DNA of 64,000 bases, taken from assembly GCA_003221635.1 (NCBI GenBank), contig QHSR01000260.1, positions 13,809 through 77,808 of the forward strand, given 5' to 3'. Within the stretch, counting starts at the first letter, position 1. Each line of letters begins with the position of its first letter. Shown here piece after piece: positions 8,686 to 18,914 of this stretch. Made by a program: the position numbers and the translations under genes. The notes under the pieces were generated by a model that searched no databases, was not told where the DNA came from, and was given only the letters and a program-made list of their open reading frames with translations. Origin of the DNA: Candidatus Rokuibacteriota bacterium (lineage in GTDB: Bacteria; Methylomirabilota; Methylomirabilia; Rokubacteriales; CSP1-6).

Positions 8686-9398
8686 CGCCTCCTCGCTGGT
8701 CGGTCGTCATCCCGGCGTTCAACGAAGCTCGCCGTCTCCCTGCGTTCCTGGACACCGTGGTCGCCTGTTTGGAGGGGCGCGATGAGCCATACGAGGTGAT
8801 CGTCGTTGATGACGGGTCGACCGACGGGACGTCCGCGATCGTGGAGACCCCCCGGCTCGCGATGGTGAGAGTCCTCAGCTTTCAGCGGAACGCTGGCAAG
8901 GGCGCCGCGGTGCGAGCGGGGATGCTGGCGGCCAGGGGGGCCTACCGGCTCTTCGCCGACGCCGACGGCGCCACGCCGATCGCAGAACTGAAGCGGCTCG
9001 AGTCGGCGCTGATGGCGGGCGCCGATGTCGCCATCGGCTCGCGCGCGCTCCGGGATCCCGGGGTCTCCGTGGCGGCGCGCCGGCATCGCGTGGCCGCCGG
9101 GTTTGTGTTCAACCGGCTCGTCGGGTGGATGGGCCTCGAGGGCATCGCCGACTCGCAGTGCGGCTTCAAGGCGTTCACGGCGGCGGCCGCCGATCGCCTG
9201 TTCCAGGCGCTCGCCACTCGCGGCTTCGGTTTCGACGTCGAGCTGCTTCTCCTGGCCCGGGCCGCCGGCTGTCGTATCGTCGAGGTGCCGGTGAACTGGG
9301 CCGATCAGCCAGGTAGCAAGGTCGGGGTCCTTCGGCACGGGCCGGGAATGCTGTGGGAGATCGTGCGGGCCCGGCTACGGATGGGGAGGCGGCGTTGA
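8682..9398 (+). CDS. family 2 glycosyltransferase (dolichyl/polyprenyl-phosphate glycosyltransferase-like)
   Basis: GTG 8682 overlaps the malic enzyme stop (GTGA). [25 protein letters not shown] and the DADG motif. Confidence 0.8.
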   Translation: MTPPRWSVVIPAFNEARRLPAFLDTVVACLEGRDEPYEVIVVDDGSTDGTSAIVETPRLAMVRVLSFQRNAGKGAAVRAGMLAARGAYRLFADADGATPIAELKRLESALMAGADVAIGSRALRDPGVSVAARRHRVAAGFVFNRLVGWMGLEGIADSQCGFKAFTAAAADRLFQALATRGFGFDVELLLLARAAGCRIVEVPVNWADQPGSKVGVLRHGPGMLWEIVRARLRMGRRR

Positions 9399-10588
9399 GA
9401 CTTGCGCGGAGAGTCCTGGAAATCGAGCCCTTCCTGGCGGTCGAGGTGGCGGAGCGGGCACAGGAGCTCGAGCGAGCTGGTATCGACGTGGTGCACCTCG
9501 AGTTCGGCGAGCCGGACTTCGAGGCCCCTGCGGTCGTCCGTGAGGCGCTGGAACGTGCGATCAAGGACGGCCGCACCCGCTACACGCACAGCCTTGGAAT
9601 CCTGCCGCTCCGGGAGGCGATCGCCCAGCACTACGCCACGGCGTACGGGGTGAGCGTCTCCCCCGATCAGGTTCTCGTGACGGCGGGCACCTCCCCGGCG
9701 ATGCTGCTCCTCTTCGGCCACCTTCTGGATCCCGGTGACGAGGTCGTGCTGAGCGATCCGTACTACGCGTGCTATCCGAACTTCATCCGCTACGCCGACG
9801 GCCGGCCGGTCTACGTCGGCGTGACCGAGGAGGACGGCTTCCAATACCGCCCCGAGGCGATCCGGGCGCGGCTCGGCCCGCGCACCCGAGCGATCGTGAT
9901 CAACTCGCCCGCCAATCCAACCGGCGCCGTCCTGTCCCCGGAGCGTATGGCCGCGATCGCCGAGCTGAGCCGAGAGGACGGCCCCCTCGTCGTGTCCGAC
10001 GAGATCTATCATGGGCTCAGCTACGTGGGGCGCGACCGGACGATCCTCGAGTTCACCGACCGAGCCTTCGTGCTCAATGGCTTTTCGAAGGCCTACGCCA
10101 TGACGGGCTGGCGGCTCGGCTGGGTGATCGCGCCGCGCGAGCACATCCGCACGCTGCAGAAGCTCTACGGCAACTTCTTCATCTCGACGAACGAGTTCGT
10201 GCAGTGGGCCGGCGTCGCCGCCCTGCGCGAGGCGGGCGACGAGAGCCGTCGCTTCCGCGCCATCTTCGACGACCGGCGGCGGGCGATGATCGCCGGCTTG
10301 CGGGCGATCGGTTTCGGCGTCGGCACCGAGCCGACCGGCGCGTTCTACGTCCTGGCGAACGCGCGACACCTCGCCGCGGATTCGGTGAGGCTCGCCCGCG
10401 AGCTCCTCGAGTCGAGCCACGTGGCCGTCACGCCGGGCGCAGCCTTCGGCGCCAACGCCGAGGGTTATCTACGGTTCTCGTACGCTTCGTCACTCGAGCG
10501 CATCCAGGAGGGCCTCGATCGCCTCCGCCGTTTCCTCGCCACACGGCGTCGAGCCGAAGGCCGTCAGGGTCTCCCCGCCATCCCCTAG
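9395..10588 (+). CDS. class I/II pyridoxal-phosphate aminotransferase (aspartate aminotransferase-like)
   Basis: TTG 9395 overlaps the GT2 stop (alternative ATG 9353). LEFGEPDF, VTAGTSPA and NGFSKAYAMTGWRLGW (PLP lysine) motifs. Confidence 0.85.
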   Translation: MRLARRVLEIEPFLAVEVAERAQELERAGIDVVHLEFGEPDFEAPAVVREALERAIKDGRTRYTHSLGILPLREAIAQHYATAYGVSVSPDQVLVTAGTSPAMLLLFGHLLDPGDEVVLSDPYYACYPNFIRYADGRPVYVGVTEEDGFQYRPEAIRARLGPRTRAIVINSPANPTGAVLSPERMAAIAELSREDGPLVVSDEIYHGLSYVGRDRTILEFTDRAFVLNGFSKAYAMTGWRLGWVIAPREHIRTLQKLYGNFFISTNEFVQWAGVAALREAGDESRRFRAIFDDRRRAMIAGLRAIGFGVGTEPTGAFYVLANARHLAADSVRLARELLESSHVAVTPGAAFGANAEGYLRFSYASSLERIQEGLDRLRRFLATRRRAEGRQGLPAIP

Positions 10589-10603
10589 TCTAGGGAGCGT
10601 CTC

Positions 10604-11260
10604 ATGAGAGAGTCACGAGAGGCCAAGCGGGCGCGCGCCCGCAAGATTGTTCGCGCGCTCAAGAAGGCCTATCCCGACGCCAAGATCGCTCTCGATTTCG
10701 AGAATCCGCTCGAACTCCTGGTGGCCACGATTCTCTCCGCCCAGTGCACCGACGAGCGTGTGAACATGGTGACGCCGGCGCTCTTCGAGAAGTACCGGAG
10801 CGCCGGCGACTATGCGCGCGCCGAGGCCGCCACGCTGGAGCAGGAAGTCCGCTCGACCGGGTTCTACCGTGCGAAGTCCCGCGCGATCATCGGGATGGCG
10901 AAGGCCCTCGTCGACAAGCACGGCGGCGAGGTGCCACGGCTTCGAGAAGCCCTGAGGGAGCTCCCCGGCGTGGGCCTCAAGACAGCGAACGTGATCCTCG
11001 GGAACGCGTTCGGGGAGCAGGCGATCGCGGTCGACACGCACGTGTTCCGTGTCTCCCAGCGACTGGGCCTGGCGCGCGCCGAAGATCCCGACGAGATCCA
11101 CGATCAGCTCGTGGAGGTGCTGCCACCAGGCGAGTGGACGCTGGCAAGCCACCTCTTCCAGAGCCACGGACGCCGATGCTGCTCCGCGAAGAAGCCTCTG
11201 TGCCCGGCGTGTCCGGTGCGGACACTGTGTCCATGGCCCGGCAAGACCAAGATTCGTTGA
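10604..11260 (+). CDS. nth: endonuclease III
   Basis: 218 aa. LVATILSAQCTDERVN, HhH-GPD region LPGVGLKTANV, and a C-terminal Cx6Cx2Cx5C cluster. Confidence 0.92.
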   Translation: MRESREAKRARARKIVRALKKAYPDAKIALDFENPLELLVATILSAQCTDERVNMVTPALFEKYRSAGDYARAEAATLEQEVRSTGFYRAKSRAIIGMAKALVDKHGGEVPRLREALRELPGVGLKTANVILGNAFGEQAIAVDTHVFRVSQRLGLARAEDPDEIHDQLVEVLPPGEWTLASHLFQSHGRRCCSAKKPLCPACPVRTLCPWPGKTKIR

Positions 11261-11284
11261 CAGGCCCTATCTTCTCCTTTAGAG
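11256..11284 (+). promoter_or_regulatory. sigma70-type promoter for rplM-rpsI (TTGACA-17-TAGAGT)
   Basis: Consensus -35 at 11256-11261 (overlaps the nth stop), a 17-nt spacer, and -10 at 11279-11284. Confidence 0.5.
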
Positions 11285-11318
11285 TAGGCGTCACAAATTT
11301 TTCTATCCGGACGCCTAC

Positions 11319-11358
11319 TTAGAGCCGTCAAGTTAGAGCCGTCATTAGAGCCGTCAAG
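11319..11358 (+). repeat. three tandem copies of TTAGAGCCGTCA(AG) in the rplM leader
   Basis: Copies at 11319-11332, 11333-11344 and 11345-11358. A related TTAGAGTAGGCGTCA overlaps the -10. Preceded by a 10-bp hairpin AGTAGGCGTC..GACGCCTACT (11283-11319). Confidence 0.85.
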
Positions 11359-11367
11359 GGGAAGCTG

Positions 11368-11811
11368 ATGCCGACGCCGATGCCGAAGGAAAACGAAATC
11401 GAGCGCAAGTGGTTCATCGTGGACGCCCAGGGCCAGGTACTTGGACGCCTCGCGAGCCGCATTGCGTCAATCCTGCGCGGAAAGCACAAACCGACATTCG
11501 TGCCTCACCTCGACGTCGGTGACCACGTCGTGGTGGTCAACGCCGCGAAGGTGCACCTCACGGGGCGCAAGCTTCGAGACAAGCAATACCGCTGGCACTC
11601 CGGTTACATCGGAGGCTTGCGCGAGGTCCGAGCCGAGACGATGCTCAAGACCCACCCCGAGCGAGTCGTTGAGTGGGCAGTCCAGGGTATGCTGCCGAAA
11701 AACCGTCTGGGGAAGGCCATGGCGAAGAAGATGAAAGTCTACCGCGGCGCGACGCATCCTCACCAGGCGCAACGGCCTGAAACCCTCACGACGAAGGCCG
11801 AGGTTCGTTGA
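11368..11811 (+). CDS. rplM: 50S ribosomal protein L13
   Basis: 147 aa. [31 protein letters not shown]. Confidence 0.95.
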   Translation: MPTPMPKENEIERKWFIVDAQGQVLGRLASRIASILRGKHKPTFVPHLDVGDHVVVVNAAKVHLTGRKLRDKQYRWHSGYIGGLREVRAETMLKTHPERVVEWAVQGMLPKNRLGKAMAKKMKVYRGATHPHQAQRPETLTTKAEVR

Positions 11812-12209
11812 TGGCCGCCGTGGTCGACAGGTTTTACGCGACGGGCCGCCGCAAGACGTCGGTCGCGCGGGTATGGATCCGGCCCGGGGCCGGGCGAATG
11901 ATCGTGAATCGGCGGGCCTTCGAGGACTACTTCCCGCGTGAGACCCTTCGAATGATCATTGCGCAGCCGCTGGAGGTCACGAGCACGGTCGGGCAGTTCG
12001 ACGTCTTCGTGACCGTCGGTGGCGGCGGCCCGACCGGCCAGGCGGGCGCGGTTCGCCACGGGCTCGCCCGGGCGCTCGCGCGCTTCGACGAGAAGTTCCG
12101 ACTCCCCCTCAAGAAGGCGGGTCTCCTCACCCGCGACCCGCGGATGCGCGAGCGGAAGAAGTACGGCCAGCCGGGCGCTCGCCAGAAGTTCCAGTACTCG
12201 AAGCGCTAG
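11808..12209 (+). CDS. rpsI: 30S ribosomal protein S9
   Basis: 133 aa with a 4-nt overlap with rplM. C-terminal [20 protein letters not shown]. Confidence 0.95.
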   Translation: MMAAVVDRFYATGRRKTSVARVWIRPGAGRMIVNRRAFEDYFPRETLRMIIAQPLEVTSTVGQFDVFVTVGGGGPTGQAGAVRHGLARALARFDEKFRLPLKKAGLLTRDPRMRERKKYGQPGARQKFQYSKR

Positions 12210-12226
12210 TGCCAGGGCGGTCCGCC

Positions 12227-13276
12227 ATGGTCCGTGTCGCCGTCGCCGGTGCGAGTGGCTATATGGGGGCCGAGCTCCTCCGACTGCTCTCCGTCCACCC
12301 GAAGGTCGTCCTGACCGGAGTGACGTCCGACCGCCTCGCCGGCGAGCCGGTCGGAAAGGCGTATCCGCACTTGCGCGGGATCAACGATCTCAGGTTCCAC
12401 GACCTGGATCCCGAGTGGCTCGCCGGTGTCGCCGACGTGGTGTTCCTCGCGCTGCCCCACATGGAGTCGCAGAAGGCGGTGCCGGTCGTGCGCGGCCACG
12501 GTGGCCGGGCGATCGACCTGTCGGCCGACTACCGTCTGCACAACCCGGACGACTACGTCACGTGGTACAAGGCGCCGCACATCGACCTGCCCGGGCTCGC
12601 CGACGCGGTCTACGGATTGCCAGAGCTGCACCGGAAGGCGATCGCGCCCGCGTCGCTCATCGCCGCGCCAGGCTGCTATCCGGCCGGCGCCGTGCTCGCC
12701 ACGGCCCCGCTCTTGAGATCTGGGCTCGCTCGGCTCGACGGGATCGTGATCGATGGCAAGTCCGGCGTCACGGGCGCCGGCGCGCAGGGCCGGAAGATCG
12801 ATCCGATGTACCTCTACACCGAAGCCAACGAGAACGTTCAGGCGTACGGGATGGCCGCGCACCGGCACACGCCGGAGATCGAGCAAGAGCTGAGCGCCCT
12901 CGCGGGCGCTCCGCTGCGGGTCGCCTTCACGCCGCACCTCGTGCCGCTGAACCGCGGACTCTTCACGACAGCATCGGTGCCCCTCGCCACGATGCTGACG
13001 ACGAGCCGCTTGCTGGACGTGTACCGAGAGTTCTACGCCGGAGAGCCCTTCGTGCGTGTCCTCGACGAGGGCGAGCGCCCGACGACGCGCGCCGTCGTCG
13101 GCTCCAATTACTGTGACGTCGCCGTGGTGGCGGATCCGCGCACCGGCCGAGCCGTATGCGTGTCGGCCATCGACAACCTGGGCAAGGGGGGCGCGGCGAA
13201 CGGCGTTCAGAACTTGAACGTCATGTGCGGCTGGAGCGAGCGGACGGGCCTCGAGGCGCCGCCAGTGTACCCCTAG
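12227..13276 (+). CDS. argC: N-acetyl-gamma-glutamyl-phosphate reductase
   Basis: ATG 12227 (MVRVAVAGASGYMG). Active-site region AAPGCYPAG. Confidence 0.92.
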   Translation: MVRVAVAGASGYMGAELLRLLSVHPKVVLTGVTSDRLAGEPVGKAYPHLRGINDLRFHDLDPEWLAGVADVVFLALPHMESQKAVPVVRGHGGRAIDLSADYRLHNPDDYVTWYKAPHIDLPGLADAVYGLPELHRKAIAPASLIAAPGCYPAGAVLATAPLLRSGLARLDGIVIDGKSGVTGAGAQGRKIDPMYLYTEANENVQAYGMAAHRHTPEIEQELSALAGAPLRVAFTPHLVPLNRGLFTTASVPLATMLTTSRLLDVYREFYAGEPFVRVLDEGERPTTRAVVGSNYCDVAVVADPRTGRAVCVSAIDNLGKGGAANGVQNLNVMCGWSERTGLEAPPVYP

Positions 13277-13278
13277 CC

Positions 13279-14455
13279 ATGGCGTCGGGAGACCTCGAGT
13301 GGCTTGACGGTGGCGTCACGGCGGTGGCCGGGATCCTCGCCGGCGGCATCGTGGCGGGCATCAAGCCGAGCGGCAAGAAAGACCTCGCGCTGATCTATTC
13401 CGAAGGGCGCGCCGGTGCTCGTGTCGAGAGAGCACGTGCGGGGCGGTCAGGCCCAGGCGATCGTGGCGTGCAGCGGCTGTGCCAATGTCTGCACCGGCGA
13501 GCGTGGGATCCAGGACGCGCGCGAGATGACGCGCCTCGTCGGCGAGCTACTGCGGATTCCCGCGAACCACGTGCTGGTCGCGTCGACCGGCGTCATCGGA
13601 GTCCCGCTGCCGATGGACAAGATCCGCGCCGCCCTGCCGACGCTCGCGAAGTCCCTGTCTCCCCAGGGGGGTCGCGCGGCGGCCGAGGCCATTCTCACGA
13701 CCGACACGCGGACCAAGGAGGCAGCGCTGCGCGTTGAAGTCGGCGGTCGCCCGGTCACGATCGGCGGGATCGCGAAGGGGGTGGCGATGCTCGAGCCCCA
13801 CCTCGCCACGATGTTCTGCTTCGTGGCGACGGACGCGGTCGTCGCGCGCGGCGCGCTCGACCCGGTCGTCCGGCGCGCGGTCGATCGGTCCTTCAATCGC
13901 ACGACTATCGATTCCGACCAGTCCACCAGCGACACCGTCGCGGTGCTGGCGAACGGCCTCGCCGAGAACACGCCGCTCGAGTCCGGGGCTCGTGGCCTGC
14001 GGCAGTTTGCCGACGGCCTGGAGGCGGTGATGACGAAGCTGGCGCGCATGCTGGCTGCCGACGGCGAGGGCGCGACGAAGCTGGTCACGGTCGTCGTGCG
14101 CGGCGCCACGAGTCGGCGAGACGCCCTGCTCGCGGCGCGCACCGTCGCGAACTCGCCGCTGGTCAAGACCGCGATCAACGGAGGGGACCCTAACTGGGGC
14201 CGGATCATGATGGCGCTCGGCAAGTCGCCGGCGCGCGTCGAGCAGGAGAAGGTCTCGATCGCGTTCGGCGACGAGCGCCTGGTCGAGCGGGGGATGCTGA
14301 AGGAAGGTGTGCGCCTGGAGCGAGTTCGGGAGATCATGGGGAAGTCGGAATACGACATCACGATCGACCTGGGCCTCGGCCGCGGCGAGGACCGCGTCTG
14401 GACGTGCGATCTCAGCGAGGAATACGTGCGTCTCAATGCAAAGTACACGACGTAG
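13279..14455 (+). pseudogene. argJ: argJ (ornithine acetyltransferase / N-acetylglutamate synthase) with the reading frame broken near 13405-13415
   Basis: ATG 13279 in frame 1 gives MASGDLEWLDGGVTAVAGILAGGIVAGIKPSGKKDLALIYSEG. The remainder (ORF 13415-14455, frame 2) starts at PVLVSREHV..NVCTGERG and contains the autoprocessing ATMFCF site. The total of 1177 nt is not a multiple of 3. Confidence 0.85.
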
Positions 14456-14563
14456 CTCACCATCACGCACGCCGCGCATTTTCGGTGGTAGTGCGTGCCG
14501 GGACCGCGAAGAGCGGCCGGGCATGCCTATTGAGTGCGGCGGAGGCCAACCGAAGGAGGATCC

Positions 14564-15328
14564 ATGGCGACGTTGACAATGAAGGAACTGCTCGAGGCCG
14601 GGGTGCATTTCGGCCATCAGACCAAGCGCTGGAACCCGAAGATGCAGAAATACATCTTCGGCGAGCGCAACGGCATCTACATCATCGACCTCCAGAAGAC
14701 GCTCAAGAAGTTCCGGGAGGCGTACGCATTCGTGCGCGACCTCGCCGCCGGCGGGGGCACCGTGCTCTTCATCGGGACCAAGAAGCAAGCTCAGGAGACC
14801 GTCTTCGAAGAGGCGAGTCGATGCGGAATGTTCTACGTCAACCAGCGGTGGCTGGGCGGGACGCTGACGAACTTCGCGACGATCCGCAAGTCCATCACCC
14901 GGCTCAAGAAGCTCGAGGAGATGAAGGAGACCGGCGAGTACGAGCGGCTGCCGAAGAAAGAGGCTCTGGAGCTCGACCGCGAGCGGGAGAAGCTCGAGAA
15001 AGCGCTCGTCGGCATCAAGGCGATGGACCAGCTGCCGGCGGCCGTGTTCATCATCGACCCCCGCAAGGAGAAGATCGCGGTGGCCGAGGCGCAACGGCTC
15101 GGCATCTCGATCGTGGCGATCGTGGACACCAACTGCGACCCGACCGGGATCGACTATCCGGTTCCCGGCAACGACGACGCGATCCGGGCGGTGCGGCTGA
15201 TCACCTCGCGGATCGCCGACGCGATCAACGAGGGCCGCGGCACCCTGTCGAAGGACGAGGGCGAGGCGGCGGCGCCGGAGGGAGCCGCCGAGGGAGCCGA
15301 GCTGGCGGCGGCCGAGGCGGAAAACTAA
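14564..15328 (+). CDS. rpsB: 30S ribosomal protein S2
   Basis: AAGGAGG RBS then ATG 14564. [27 protein letters not shown]. Confidence 0.95.
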   Translation: MATLTMKELLEAGVHFGHQTKRWNPKMQKYIFGERNGIYIIDLQKTLKKFREAYAFVRDLAAGGGTVLFIGTKKQAQETVFEEASRCGMFYVNQRWLGGTLTNFATIRKSITRLKKLEEMKETGEYERLPKKEALELDREREKLEKALVGIKAMDQLPAAVFIIDPRKEKIAVAEAQRLGISIVAIVDTNCDPTGIDYPVPGNDDAIRAVRLITSRIADAINEGRGTLSKDEGEAAAPEGAAEGAELAAAEAEN

Positions 15329-15330
15329 CC

Positions 15331-15936
15331 ATGGCCGCAACCGCGCAGTTGGTGCGGGAGCTCCGCGATCGGACGGGCGCGGGCGTGATGGACTGCAAGG
15401 AAGCGCTGCAGGCGACCGCGGGCGATCTGCAGGGCGCCGTCGAGTATCTGAGGAAGAAGGGGTTGGCGCAGGCGGCCAAGCGGTCCCACCGGGACGCGCG
15501 CGAGGGTGCGGTCGGGACCTACGTCCATCCCGGCGCGAAGCTCGGGGTGCTCGTCGAGGTCAACTGCGAGACGGACTTCGTCGCGCGAACCGAGGCCTTC
15601 CAGGATCTCGTCAAGGACCTTGGCATGCAGGTCGCGGCGGCCAATCCCGCGTACGTCGCGCGCGAGGACGTCCCGGGCGAGGTGGTCGACAAGGAGCGCG
15701 AGATCTACCGCGGCCAGCTCGCCGACCAGAAGAAGCCGGCCCAGGTCATCGACAAGATCATCGAGGGTAAGCTCGAGAAGTTCTACACCGAGCAGTGCCT
15801 GCTCGAGCAGCCGTTCATCAAGGACGCTACCGGCAAGACGAAGGTCCGTGACCTCGTCGACGGCGTGAACGCCAAGACCGGTGAGCGAATCCTCGTCAAG
15901 CGGTTCGCCCGGTTCCAGGTGGGCGAGGCGGGGTAG
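15331..15936 (+). CDS. tsf: translation elongation factor Ts (short form, 201 aa)
   Basis: ATG 15331. VRELRDRTGAGVMDCKEAL UBA-like N-terminus and VEVNCETDFVAR. Confidence 0.92.
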   Translation: MAATAQLVRELRDRTGAGVMDCKEALQATAGDLQGAVEYLRKKGLAQAAKRSHRDAREGAVGTYVHPGAKLGVLVEVNCETDFVARTEAFQDLVKDLGMQVAAANPAYVAREDVPGEVVDKEREIYRGQLADQKKPAQVIDKIIEGKLEKFYTEQCLLEQPFIKDATGKTKVRDLVDGVNAKTGERILVKRFARFQVGEAG

Positions 15937-16677
15937 ATGACGGGGGCCGCCGGCTCCGGCCGCCCGGCGTATCGCCGCATCGTCCTGAAGCTTTCAGGGG
16001 AAGCGCTCGCCGGGGGCCAGGGTTACGGAATCGATCCGCTCGTGCTCGATCGGATCGCCGCAGAGGTGCGCGACGTGGCCTCGCTCGGCGTGCAGATCGC
16101 GATCGTCATGGGCGGTGGCAACATCTTCCGCGGGGTCGCCGCGAGCACTGGCGGGATGGACCGCGCCACCGCCGACTACATGGGCATGCTGGCGACGATC
16201 ATCAACGCGCTGGCCCTGCAGGACGCGCTCGAGAAGTCCAGCCTGCAAACGCGCGTCCTGTCCGCGATCGAGATGCGCGCGGTCGCCGAGCCGTACATCC
16301 GTCGCCGGGCGATCCGCCACCTGGAAAAGGGGCGCGTCGTGATCTTCGCCGCCGGCACCGGCAACCCGTTCTTCACCACCGACACCGCGGGCGCGTTGCG
16401 CGCCGTCGAGATCGGCGCCGACGTGATCATCAAGGCGACGAAGGTCGACGGGATCTACTCGGCCGATCCGAAGCTGGACAAGAACGCGCAGCGCCTGGTC
16501 CACGTGACGTACATCGAGGTGCTCAACCGTGGTCTCCAGGTCATGGATGCCGCCGCGATTTCTCTCTGCATGGACAACAAGCTGCCGATCATCGTCTTCG
16601 ACCTGACGCGACCCGGTAATATCAAGCGAATCGTCCTCGGCGAGGCCGTGGGCTCGATCGTGTCGGTGGGAGGGTGA
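15937..16677 (+). CDS. pyrH: UMP kinase
   Basis: 246 aa. [23 protein letters not shown] and [14 protein letters not shown]. Confidence 0.93.
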   Translation: MTGAAGSGRPAYRRIVLKLSGEALAGGQGYGIDPLVLDRIAAEVRDVASLGVQIAIVMGGGNIFRGVAASTGGMDRATADYMGMLATIINALALQDALEKSSLQTRVLSAIEMRAVAEPYIRRRAIRHLEKGRVVIFAAGTGNPFFTTDTAGALRAVEIGADVIIKATKVDGIYSADPKLDKNAQRLVHVTYIEVLNRGLQVMDAAAISLCMDNKLPIIVFDLTRPGNIKRIVLGEAVGSIVSVGG

Positions 16678-16683
16678 CGCGAT

Positions 16684-17247
16684 ATGGCGGATATGCAGCC
16701 TGTGCTGAGGGAGGTCGAAACGAAGATGACGGGCGCTCTCGAGGCGCTCGGGCGAGAGTTCGCAGCCGTCCGTACCGGCCGCGCTTCCGCCGGCCTGCTC
16801 GACGGGATCCGCGTCGACTACTACGGGACGCCGACGCCGGTGAACCAGATGGCGTCCATCTCGGTTCCGGACGCGCGGACCCTGGTGATCCAGCCCTGGG
16901 AGGCCAGCCAGCTCAAGGCCATCGAAAAGGCGATCATGGCCTCCGATCTCGGCCTGACGCCGGTCAACGACGGAAAGATCGTCCGCCTGGCGATGCCGTC
17001 GCCGACCGAGGAGCGGCGCAAGCAGCTCGCGAAGACCGTGCACAAGATCGCCGAGGAATCGCGGGTCGTGGTCCGCAACATCCGCCGCGAGGCGAACGAC
17101 CGGCTCAAGGCGCTGTCCAAGGACAAGAAGATCTCCGAGGACGAGGAACGGCGGGGCCACGATCAGATTCAGAAGACCACCGACAAGTACGTGGGGCAGG
17201 TCGACGAGCTTCTCAAGAAGAAGGAGCAGGAGATCTTGTCATTCTAG
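16684..17247 (+). CDS. frr: ribosome recycling factor
   Basis: 187 aa. FAAVRTGRASAGLLDGIRVDYYG. Confidence 0.95.
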   Translation: MADMQPVLREVETKMTGALEALGREFAAVRTGRASAGLLDGIRVDYYGTPTPVNQMASISVPDARTLVIQPWEASQLKAIEKAIMASDLGLTPVNDGKIVRLAMPSPTEERRKQLAKTVHKIAEESRVVVRNIRREANDRLKALSKDKKISEDEERRGHDQIQKTTDKYVGQVDELLKKKEQEILSF

Positions 17248-17269
17248 CGTTCCGCGAGCTGACCGTTTC

Positions 17270-18016
17270 ATGACTCTGACCGACCGCGAGACGGAGCTGC
17301 TGGACGCCGCCCGCTCGCAGCCCGTCCCCGAGCACGTCGCCGTCATCATGGACGGCAACGGGCGCTGGGCGACTCGCCGCGGGCTGCCCCGCGTCGCCGG
17401 CCATCGCGAGGGCGTGAAAGCCGCGCGGGCGATCGTGCGCGCGGCCGACACGCTCGGGCTCCGGTACCTCACGCTCTACGCGTTCTCGACGGAAAATTGG
17501 AGCCGCCCGCTGGACGAGGTCTCGACGCTCATGAATCTGCTCGAGCGCTCGATCCACTCCGAGCTCCCCGAGCTGATGGCGCGCAACGCTCGGCTCCGCG
17601 TCCTGGGTCGCCCGCACGGGGTGCCCGCGGGCGTGCGCCGCGGCATCGACCACGTGGTGCACGAGACCCGGAACAACACCGGGTTGACGGTGCTGATGGC
17701 CTTCAACTACGGGGGCCGCGACGAGCTGCTCGACGCGTTCCGGACGCTGGCGCGCCAGGTCCAGGCGGGCGATCTCAAGCCCGACGACATCTCGGAAAAG
17801 GACGTCAGTGGGGCCCTCTACACGGCTGACATCCCGGATCCCGATCTCCTGATCCGCACGAGCGGCGAGATGCGGATCTCGAACTTCCTCCTGTGGCAAG
17901 TCGCCTACACCGAGCTGCTGATCACGCCGATCCTCTGGCCCGATTTCGGGCCCGTCGATCTCTATCGCGCCGTGGCCGAGTTCCAGGGACGCACGCGCCG
18001 ATTCGGAAAGGTGTGA
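17270..18016 (+). CDS. uppS: isoprenyl transferase (undecaprenyl diphosphate synthase)
   Basis: 248 aa. HVAVIMDGNGRWA, YAFSTENWSRP and RTSGEMRISNFLLWQ. Confidence 0.92.
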   Translation: MTLTDRETELLDAARSQPVPEHVAVIMDGNGRWATRRGLPRVAGHREGVKAARAIVRAADTLGLRYLTLYAFSTENWSRPLDEVSTLMNLLERSIHSELPELMARNARLRVLGRPHGVPAGVRRGIDHVVHETRNNTGLTVLMAFNYGGRDELLDAFRTLARQVQAGDLKPDDISEKDVSGALYTADIPDPDLLIRTSGEMRISNFLLWQVAYTELLITPILWPDFGPVDLYRAVAEFQGRTRRFGKV

Positions 18017-18017
18017 G

Positions 18018-18914
18018 GTGGGCAAGGCCGAGGTGGCAAGCGTGACCGTACGCGATACCGTGGGCGGGGTGCCGGCGGTCTGGAGGCGCCTGGCCAGCGC
18101 GGTGGTGCTGATTCCGGCGTTCGTGTGGGTCACGGCGGGCGCTCCGGCGTGGATGTTTCAGACGCTGGTGGTCGCGGCGAGCGCCCTGGCGTGCGCGGAG
18201 CTCGCCCGGATGTTCGAGCGTACCGGGCGCCCGATCCACACGTGGCTCACCGTTGGTGTCGGCGCGGCGTTCAGCGCGAGCTTCGCGACGAGCCTCTACA
18301 CGGTTGCGCGTGACGGCGGCGGGAGCCTCCGATTGATGCCGGCGCCCGAACTGGCGCTCGTCGTCGGCGTGGGGCTCATCCTGAGCGCGCCCCTCTGGAG
18401 CGCGGGACGCGCTCCGGTGGAGTCCACCGCCAACACGCTGTTCGGCACCGTGTACGTCGGCTGGCTCCTGGGCTACGCCATCTGGCTCCAGGGCCGCGCC
18501 GACGGACCGTTCCTGGTATTGTTCCTCGTCGGCGTGACGTGGGCCGGCGAGTCGGCGGCCTACCTGGTCGGGTCGGCGGTCGGTCGCCACCCCATAGCGC
18601 CGGTGCTGAGCCCGCGCAAGACCGTGGAGGGCTCCATCGCACAGCTCGTGGTCTCGATCGCGGCCGGGCTCGGGCTCGGCGTATGGCTCCTGCCCGCGTG
18701 CAGCCTCGTGGGCGCGGCCGGTGCCGGAGCGTTCCTCGGCGTGATCGGGCAGGTGGGAGATCTCGCCGAATCCGCGATCAAGCGGAGCATCGGGACCAAG
18801 GACGCGGGCGACCTCATCCCGGGCCACGGCGGCATGCTCGATCGGATCGACAGCCTTCTGTTCAACGCCCCGGCCCTTTACTTTTACTCGCTGTACGCAT
18901 GGTGCTGCCCATGA
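18018..18914 (+). CDS. cdsA: phosphatidate cytidylyltransferase (start uncertain, several in-frame GTGs)
   Basis: 298-aa multi-TM ORF. C-terminal SAIKRSIGTKDAGDLIPGHGGMLDRIDS signature. Confidence 0.85.
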   Translation: MGKAEVASVTVRDTVGGVPAVWRRLASAVVLIPAFVWVTAGAPAWMFQTLVVAASALACAELARMFERTGRPIHTWLTVGVGAAFSASFATSLYTVARDGGGSLRLMPAPELALVVGVGLILSAPLWSAGRAPVESTANTLFGTVYVGWLLGYAIWLQGRADGPFLVLFLVGVTWAGESAAYLVGSAVGRHPIAPVLSPRKTVEGSIAQLVVSIAAGLGLGVWLLPACSLVGAAGAGAFLGVIGQVGDLAESAIKRSIGTKDAGDLIPGHGGMLDRIDSLLFNAPALYFYSLYAWCCP

